A stretch of 40,948 nt of DNA from positions 1-40,948 of IMG/VR virus record IMGVR_UViG_3300044836_000085, one strand, 5' to 3'. The notes under the pieces are model-generated. The model saw nothing but the letters and a program-made list of their open reading frames with translations. It was not told the DNA's origin and did not search any database. Position numbers and translations under genes: made by a program. Origin of the DNA: a virus. Its lineage: Duplodnaviria > Caudoviricetes. Shown one piece after another: positions 35,561 to 40,948 of this stretch; the stretch's first letter is position 1; each line of letters opens with the position of its first letter.

Positions 35561-36160
35561 GAGCAGGTCGTCGTCTACGGCGCGGTGCAGAATGTGAGAG
35601 AAGACCTCGCCGCGCGGTGAGTCGGTCGGGTGGTACTCGGTGACTCTGCGCCCGGCCTCCGCAGCCTCGTCGTCGAGGAGGAAGCTGTCGCGGGCTTCGA
35701 TTGCGCCCTCGCCAATCAGTCGTTTGAGTACGCGGTCAACCGCCCAACGGCTGAGACGCGTCTCGTCAACTATCTCGTCGGGAGTGCGGCAACCGTGCGT
35801 GAAGATGGCCGCGCGAACGGCGCGCACCTGCTCGGTAAAGTCGGCGCCGCTCGCCCCGATTTGCCGGACTTCTTCGAGCGCGCGGGCGAGCACGTCCGAG
35901 AGTGACGGCAAGCCGTAAGAGTCTTGGAGTTCCGTCAGTTGGCGCTCTAAGGCCCGCGCCTGCCGCGCCTCCTTCCCCCGCGGGCCTCGGCTTTGCTTGT
36001 AGCAGACCTTACAGTCGCTCCGCCGCCCGCTCTTGCGGTTCTTATCAGGTAGGAAGTGAGAGAGCGGCAGCGTCCGGCCGCACGGCCCGCTGCACTTCTT
36101 CACATGAGGCGGGCCGTGCGCGTGTTTGCTGCTTGTCTCGGAGGATTGCGTCGGGTTCAC
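35558..36160 (-). CDS. Zn-finger + winged-HTH protein (candidate late activator)
   Basis: KKCSGPCG..F..CKVC Zn motif and RTPDEIVDETRLSRWAVDRVLKRL HTH. Its stop codon overlaps the late motif. Confidence 0.65.
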   Translation of the reverse strand: MNPTQSSETSSKHAHGPPHVKKCSGPCGRTLPLSHFLPDKNRKSGRRSDCKVCYKQSRGPRGKEARQARALERQLTELQDSYGLPSLSDVLARALEEVRQIGASGADFTEQVRAVRAAIFTHGCRTPDEIVDETRLSRWAVDRVLKRLIGEGAIEARDSFLLDDEAAEAGRRVTEYHPTDSPRGEVFSHILHRAVDDDLL

Positions 36161-36170
36161 GGTTAGACCT

Positions 36171-36368
36171 TCAACTCGCCTGCTCCTTCGCCTTCGCGGC
36201 CTCGCGCGCCGCCCAATGCGAGGCGATGTTCGCCCAAAGACTCATCAGAGCGACCCACAGCACCGACTCCCGCCACAAGATAAGCGTCGGGACGGCCAGC
36301 GCCGCCCACACGAGCGTCAAGGCGGTGTGAATGGTGCTGGACTTCGGCCTCTTGATGATGATTTTCAT
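36171..36368 (-). CDS. Small membrane protein
   Basis: Two hydrophobic helices; ATG at 36368 after GGA. Confidence 0.65.
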   Translation of the reverse strand: MKIIIKRPKSSTIHTALTLVWAALAVPTLILWRESVLWVALMSLWANIASHWAAREAAKAKEQAS

Positions 36369-36412
36369 AAAAGTTTTATCCAGAGAGGCTGAATGAGCCT
36401 TGCGCGTCACCC

Positions 36413-36604
36413 TCAGTTGAACCTCTCAGGAAGTACCTGCTCATCCGAGGGCCATTCGCAGGAGAGCCTCCCGCCCGACGCCTCCTCGATGGAGCGGCCG
36501 CGGCCCACTCTCGACTTGACCAGGCGGAGCAGACGCAGCAGCCCGCGTGCGTAGCAGGGCGAGAGCTTGCGACGCCTTCGCCGATGTAAGGTACGCCACC
36601 TCAC
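36413..36604 (-). CDS. Hypothetical protein
   Basis: 4-nt overlap with the upstream gene and GGAGG RBS; Arg-rich; weak support. Confidence 0.4.
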   Translation of the reverse strand: MRWRTLHRRRRRKLSPCYARGLLRLLRLVKSRVGRGRSIEEASGGRLSCEWPSDEQVLPERFN

Positions 36605-36837
36605 CGCCCGCCTCCGGTGATCTCTCTGCCCGTCAGCGGCCGCTGAGGCACGTCCACGCGCTGCTCATTCAGGATTTGAATGAGATAAGGGGCGCAGGCT
36701 TGGCCGTAGGTCTCAGGGGTCTCGGTAAGCAGCCGCCGAGCTTCTGACATAAAACGCTCAGGCTCTTCCCTATAGCGCCTATCCCATTCGGTAAAGGCCG
36801 CTGCTATTTCATCTTGAGTCGCTGTCACTTTGTCCAT
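36601..36837 (-). CDS. Hypothetical phage protein
   Basis: GAGGG RBS; AFTEWDRRYREEPERF. Confidence 0.7.
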   Translation of the reverse strand: MDKVTATQDEIAAAFTEWDRRYREEPERFMSEARRLLTETPETYGQACAPYLIQILNEQRVDVPQRPLTGREITGGGR

Positions 36838-36876
36838 GATTAACCCTCGGGCTGCCGCAATAGGTACAGCGCATCT

Positions 36877-37134
36877 CTAGTGCCCCTCGGCCTGTAGTGC
36901 CTGCCTGATGGTGAATGTATGACCGCAGGCGACACAGCCGACCTCAAGCGGTTCGTGGCCTTCGAGAGCTTCGATGAGTACGCCCTTCGAGAGATGGAGT
37001 TGAGCCCCTTCCCCCTTAAGAGCGGAGCCGTGGCCCGCTCTCAGACTCTCACCGTCGGGCGTCGTCCCTACCTGCTTCCCACACTTCGGGCAACAGACGG
37101 CCCGCTCTTCCGCGTTTGGTGTCTCGTCACTCAT
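36877..37134 (-). CDS. Small Zn-ribbon protein
   Basis: ATG at 37134 after AAAGG; CPKCG...CVACG. Confidence 0.65.
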   Translation of the reverse strand: MSDETPNAEERAVCCPKCGKQVGTTPDGESLRAGHGSALKGEGAQLHLSKGVLIEALEGHEPLEVGCVACGHTFTIRQALQAEGH

Positions 37135-37287
37135 CAGCGTGCCTTTCGTGTCCAATAGAAAACCTAAAGAAAGAATAGTGGACAAACCTTGCCGTCGGAG
37201 TGCTGGCGAGCGGTTCGGCACACCCTCCTTGACCTCCGGCAACTGTTGTCCGCGTATTAAAGAAAGAAACGCGGACACGAACCGGAT

Positions 37288-37563
37288 TCATCGGGCCACC
37301 TTCCTCTTCTTCCTTTTGTCGGACTTCACAGTGCGCGGCGGTTGTCTGCGCTTCAAGGCTTCGATTGACTGCTCGGCCAGTCGCATCGGGTCGCTCGCCG
37401 GCGCAGGCAGCAGGAGCATCCTCGTACCGGGCCGAGGGGCGGGGAACTTGTCAGCGCACGGCGCTGCGTCCTCTCTGCTTGTAAGTAGTCTTTTCTTAGT
37501 CATCCTGTACCCCAAATAAAAGGGCCGACCCGCGAGACCATGCAGTCTCATCAAGTCGGCCAC
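37288..37563 (-). CDS. Hypothetical protein
   Basis: 91-aa ORF in operon orientation; start uncertain. Confidence 0.45.
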   Translation of the reverse strand: MADLMRLHGLAGRPFYLGYRMTKKRLLTSREDAAPCADKFPAPRPGTRMLLLPAPASDPMRLAEQSIEALKRRQPPRTVKSDKRKKRKVAR

Positions 37564-37591
37564 GTCGTTGACTCACGAATGAGTGCGCCCG

Positions 37592-37798
37592 TTAGGCTCG
37601 AACGTTATTCGATTCTTTTACCACCTCGACGACCCGCACCGTCAGCGGCTCGCCGTCGTTGAAGTGAAGTTCCACGCGCCCCGTGAACTTCCCCAGGTGT
37701 GTGCGCGTCACGCGCCGCCAATCCGCGCGCTCTTCGTCGTTCGGATTGTACTCCGATTCGCGCAAAAGCTTTCCCTGTTTTTTCTGTTCAGCAGCCAT
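37592..37798 (-). CDS. Hypothetical small protein
   Basis: 68 aa, with FTGRVELHFNDG; last phage ORF before the arm-type site. Confidence 0.6.
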   Translation of the reverse strand: MAAEQKKQGKLLRESEYNPNDEERADWRRVTRTHLGKFTGRVELHFNDGEPLTVRVVEVVKESNNVRA

Positions 37799-37810
37799 CC
37801 TTCAACGCCC

Positions 37811-37828
37811 TGTGTCCATATAGTGTCC
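37811..37828. promoter_or_regulatory. Putative integrase arm-type site pair (right; att core expected shortly to the right)
   Basis: TGTGTCC-ATAT-AGTGTCC, with the same spacing and orientation as 25-42. Confidence 0.7.
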
Positions 37829-37981
37829 ACAATTTCCGACACGAACCGTTACGAACTGAAAACCTCAAAACCTTCCGGCGGCGTAAGTAACGAAACGTTG
37901 TGTTAAGGGACGGGAGAGAACGTAAGGTGTACACAATTTTGACAAGAAAATTTTCCCGACTTTCCCCGTTAAGTCCAAACC

Positions 37982-38011
37982 TTGACGCTCGCGCCGAGCG
38001 CTTGTTACACT
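37982..38011 (+). promoter_or_regulatory. Sigma70-like promoter of carD
   Basis: TTGACG-18-TACACT with TGn extension. Confidence 0.6.
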
Positions 38012-38125
38012 TTCGTTAGAATTCAGATGCGCCGCCGCCGCGCCGCCGAAAAGACCCCTCAAGGGCAACCCCAAGACCCGACTCGCGACGCGGCTTCGTT
38101 TTTTTGCAACACAGGAGGTGTAGTG

Positions 38126-38674
38126 GTGGGTTTCAAAGTGGGCCAGAAAGTCGTTTACCCCAATCACGGCATTGGCACAATCGAACAGATAGAGCAGAAA
38201 CAGATAGGAGCGACTTGTCTTCCCTTCTACACGCTCCGCCTCGCACAGACCAACACGGTCGTCCTCGTCCCAGTAGCCAACGCGGTCGAAGTCGGACTTC
38301 GCTCCCCCATCACGTCGGCGGAGTGCGAGATGCTCCTGCGCCACCTCGCGGACGACTTCCGTGGCGCCGCCGGCGATTGGAAGGATCGCTTCAAGGACTT
38401 CTCGGACAAGATGCGCACGGGCGACGTGTTCGAGGTCGCGGACGTGCTGAAGAACCTGACCTACCTGAGCCACATCAAGCCGCTCTCGTTCCGCGAGCAG
38501 CGCATGCTTGAGCGCTCACGCTACCTCGTAGTCTCCGAACTTGCCGCAGTCTGCCGCCAGCCCGAGTGCAGCGTCGAGCCGCGCGTCGAAGAGGCGCTCG
38601 CTCGCGCGTGCGCACGCCACGACCGCCGCCCCGCGCGCGCGAGCGTCGCCGCCGGCGCCGTCGCGGGCCACTAA
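38126..38674 (+). CDS. carD: CarD family transcriptional regulator (host)
   Basis: FKVGQKVVYPNHGIGTI..VPV..VGLR..W..R..GDVFEVADV..E..ML; AGGAGG RBS before GTG. Confidence 0.95.
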   Translation: MGFKVGQKVVYPNHGIGTIEQIEQKQIGATCLPFYTLRLAQTNTVVLVPVANAVEVGLRSPITSAECEMLLRHLADDFRGAAGDWKDRFKDFSDKMRTGDVFEVADVLKNLTYLSHIKPLSFREQRMLERSRYLVVSELAAVCRQPECSVEPRVEEALARACARHDRRPARASVAAGAVAGH

Positions 38675-38774
38675 GCGACCAACAGAATAATCCCCAACGA
38701 TTCGACGCGGGACGCTCCCCTTCCTTCGCGGCGGGACTGTCTTTCTCCGCGCGCGTAAAGTAAGGATAAGAAGA

Positions 38775-38811
38775 AGCGCGGCCTTCATCAACGATTGATG
38801 AAGGCCGCGCT
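38775..38811. terminator. 17-bp stem-loop between convergent genes
   Basis: AGCGCGGCCTTCATCAA-CGA-TTGATGAAGGCCGCGCT; pyrimidine-rich tail on the minus strand. Confidence 0.6.
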
Positions 38812-38820
38812 GTCTTGAAT

Positions 38821-38859
38821 GAAGGAGGATGAGAGTAAGGCTTACTCTCATCCTCCTTC
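38821..38859. repeat. 19-bp inverted repeat with 1-nt spacer
   Basis: GAAGGAGGATGAGAGTAAG-G-CTTACTCTCATCCTCCTTC. Confidence 0.85.
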
Positions 38860-38875
38860 TTCACTTACTTGAGAC

Positions 38876-38900
38876 GCCCTCCCTCACGGTCGGGCTTCCG
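38876..38900 (-). repeat. REP-like element
   Basis: Minus strand reads GGAAGCCCGACCGTGAGGGAGGGC, a tetranucleotide followed by an imperfect palindrome as in REPs. Only a single copy is in the window. Confidence 0.4.
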
Positions 38901-38908
38901 ATTGTGCC

Positions 38909-40948
38909 TTACCAAATCTGGCAGCGCTGTTCGGCCGAGCGAACCATCGCGTCGCCGACCTTGCACTGGAACGCCTCCGCGAACTCGGGCATGTTCGAGA
39001 GCGGGCCGTTGACGCGGAAGCGCGAGAGCGGGTGTGGGTTGTCGGTGGTCTGGCGGCGCGCGGCCTCGGGCGTGTACTTCTCGGCCCAGACCTGCGCCCA
39101 GCCCAAGAAGAAGCGCTGCTCGGGCGTGAAGCCGTCGATGTCGGCCGGACGCGGCTTGCCTTCGAGCGACTTCTTGTAGGCGGTGTAGGCCACGGTCAGG
39201 CCGCCGAGGTCTGCGATAGATTCGCCCGCGACGAGCTGGCCCTTCAAGTTCAGACCGGGCTCGGCCTCGAAGGACGAGAACTGATTGACGACGCACTCGG
39301 AGCGCGTCTTGAAGTTCTGCATGTCGGCGGCCGTCCACCAGTCTTTCATGTTCCCCTGAAGGTCGAAGTTCGCGCCCTGATCGTCGAAGCCGTGCGTTAT
39401 CTCGTGGCCGATGACCGCGCCGATAGCGCCGTAGTTGATGGCGTCGTCGGCCTCTGGGTTGAAGAAGGGCGGCTGAAGGATACCGGCGGGGAAGACGATC
39501 TCGTTATAGAGCCAGTTGTTGTATGCGTTCACGGTCGGGGGCGACATGCCCCACTCGGTTCGGTCAACGGGCTTGCCTATCTTGTTCAGGTCGCGGCGCA
39601 CGGTGAAGGCCGCCGCGCGCAGATTGTTCTCGATGTATGAGTCGCGGCGCACGTCGAGCGTCGAGTAGTCGATCCACTTGTCGGGGTAGCCTATCTTCTG
39701 CTTGAAGGCGGCAAGCTTGGCGAGCGCGGCCTTGCGCGTCTCTTCGCTCATCCAACTGTTCGAGGTCAGTCGCTGCTGGAACGCGGCGATGAGGTTGTTG
39801 ACCATCGTCTGCATGCGCGCCTTCGCGTCGGGCGTGAACGCGCGCGCGACGTAGACCTGACCGAGCGCTTCGCCGAGTCCCGCGTCGGTCGCGCCGACGC
39901 AGCGACGCCAGCGCGGCAACTGCTCTTTGCGTCCCTGCAAGGTCTTGCCGTAGAAGTTGAAGCTCTCGGTCTCGAAGTTTGAAGAGAGCGAGTTGGACGC
40001 GTCCGTGATTAGGTGCCAGCGAAAGTACGTCTTCCAGTCGGCGACGGGAACCTCCGTCAGCATCTTGTCAACGGTCTGAAAGAACTCGGGGTGCGCGACG
40101 TTGATTTCGAGGTCGCGCGGCAGCCCCAATCCAGCGAAGTAGTCGCCCCAAGAGAAGTTCGGCGTGAGCTTGGCGAGGTCTGCCGGCCCCATCTTGTGGT
40201 ACTGCGTCGAGAGGTCGCGGAGTTGGACGGGCGTGCGCGAGTTCTGCGCGAGCCGAGTCTGAATCGCCATGACCGTTCGCGCGTTCTTGGCCGCGACTTC
40301 GGGGCTGTCGCCGACGAGCTTGAACATCGTCGTCATGTGCTCGACGAACGCCGCGCGCACCTTGTTCGAGTCCGCGTCGTCCTTCGTGTAGTACTCGTTC
40401 GTCGGGAGCGAGAGCCCGCCCTGACCCGCGAAGCCTCTGACCATCGAGCTGTCCATGAGGTCGGGCAGCGAGCCGAAGCCGAAGAGCGTCGGCGTGCCGA
40501 TGGAGTGAAGGTGCGTGACTTCGGCCTGAACGTCTTTGACGTTCTTAATCTTGTTTATGCGTTTAAGCTCCTTCGCGAGCGGCTTCGCGCCCGCGGCATC
40601 GCGCTTCGCCTCGTCAACGCAGGTGGCGTAGTAGTCGCCTATCTTCTGGTCGATGGCGCCGCGCTTGGCCTTCGTGTTCTTCGCCGACTCTTCGAGAATC
40701 TCGTGGAGGGTCTTGCGGTTGTTCTCGTTGAGGATGGCGAAGCTGCCCCATGAGGGGAAGGCCGCGGGAATCTCCGTCGTCTTGAGCCACGTGCCGTTGA
40801 CGAACTGATAGAAGTCCGTGCAGGCCGCGGCCGACGTGTCCATGCGCGACTTGTCGAAGCCGCGCCCGCCCTGCCGAGCCCCGGCGGCGAGGCCGAGCAG
40901 GCATGCGAGGACGAGCGCGCCCGCGACCTTGTAGTTAAAAAACCGCAT
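38909..40948 (-). CDS. M13 family (neprilysin/PepO-like) metalloendopeptidase (host)
   Basis: Signal peptide; CTDFYQFVNGTW, VNAY, FPAGILQPPFF, GHEITHGFDDQG (HExxH), GESIADLGG and RVNGPL motifs. Confidence 0.97.
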   Translation of the reverse strand: MRFFNYKVAGALVLACLLGLAAGARQGGRGFDKSRMDTSAAACTDFYQFVNGTWLKTTEIPAAFPSWGSFAILNENNRKTLHEILEESAKNTKAKRGAIDQKIGDYYATCVDEAKRDAAGAKPLAKELKRINKIKNVKDVQAEVTHLHSIGTPTLFGFGSLPDLMDSSMVRGFAGQGGLSLPTNEYYTKDDADSNKVRAAFVEHMTTMFKLVGDSPEVAAKNARTVMAIQTRLAQNSRTPVQLRDLSTQYHKMGPADLAKLTPNFSWGDYFAGLGLPRDLEINVAHPEFFQTVDKMLTEVPVADWKTYFRWHLITDASNSLSSNFETESFNFYGKTLQGRKEQLPRWRRCVGATDAGLGEALGQVYVARAFTPDAKARMQTMVNNLIAAFQQRLTSNSWMSEETRKAALAKLAAFKQKIGYPDKWIDYSTLDVRRDSYIENNLRAAAFTVRRDLNKIGKPVDRTEWGMSPPTVNAYNNWLYNEIVFPAGILQPPFFNPEADDAINYGAIGAVIGHEITHGFDDQGANFDLQGNMKDWWTAADMQNFKTRSECVVNQFSSFEAEPGLNLKGQLVAGESIADLGGLTVAYTAYKKSLEGKPRPADIDGFTPEQRFFLGWAQVWAEKYTPEAARRQTTDNPHPLSRFRVNGPLSNMPEFAEAFQCKVGDAMVRSAEQRCQIW

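Larger units (their letters stand above)
1..37900. mobile_element. Integrated temperate prophage (siphovirus-like; lambda-type packaging, GTA-like tail tip)
   Basis: Integrase/xis at the left end, a full head-tail gene set, a matching TGTGTCC-N4-AGTGTCC motif at both ends, and host housekeeping genes after ~38.1 kb. The right boundary is approximate and the left att probably lies just outside the window. Confidence 0.95.

Noticed and set aside
1-37900. Amber (TAG) recoding, suggested by two in-frame TAGs inside palindromes
   Set aside because: Large genes are intact under code 11, several genes end normally in TAG, and no suppressor tRNA is seen.
37830-38120. tRNA/tmRNA at the attachment site
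   Set aside because: No cloverleaf, T-loop or CCA pattern was found.
37982-38125. N-terminal extension of CarD given by the ORF track
   Set aside because: It overlaps the promoter. The AGGAGG RBS and family consensus place the start at ~38126.

Overview
About 37.9 kb of this window (1 to ~37,900) is a temperate long-tailed (siphovirus-type) prophage that looks nearly complete. The last ~3 kb is host chromosome: carD and an M13 endopeptidase. The GC-rich host is plausibly Acidobacteriota, which is an inference only. From left to right the prophage carries a tyrosine integrase and excisionase, a replication module (Toprim primase-like protein plus a possibly frameshift-split initiator) flanked by long palindromes, hicBA, and a small HTH gene at a divergent promoter/operator switch. 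Next come a short rightward operon of unknown genes, two morons, and a leftward morphogenesis operon (lambda-type terminase and portal, protease-capsid fusion, tube, chaperone with -1 frameshift, tape measure, GTA-like tail tip, tailspike). The most interesting signals are: (i) a repeated hairpin/RBS/antisense-promoter leader (SymE/SymR-like cis-antisense control) on the rightward operon, which encodes apparently catalytically dead, HTH-less LexA/CI-like domains while no canonical CI is visible; (ii) a fibre-like module between terminase and portal, with an Ig/BppU-like domain fused to the gpW-like head-completion protein; (iii) a 21-bp candidate late-promoter motif found twice; (iv) a perfect 40-bp palindrome abutting the primase start, and a G8/C6 palindrome whose tract length decides whether two replication ORFs fuse; (v) a ~450-nt structured leader; (vi) no recognisable endolysin. 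All calls come from reading sequence and motifs by eye, and no database searches were run.
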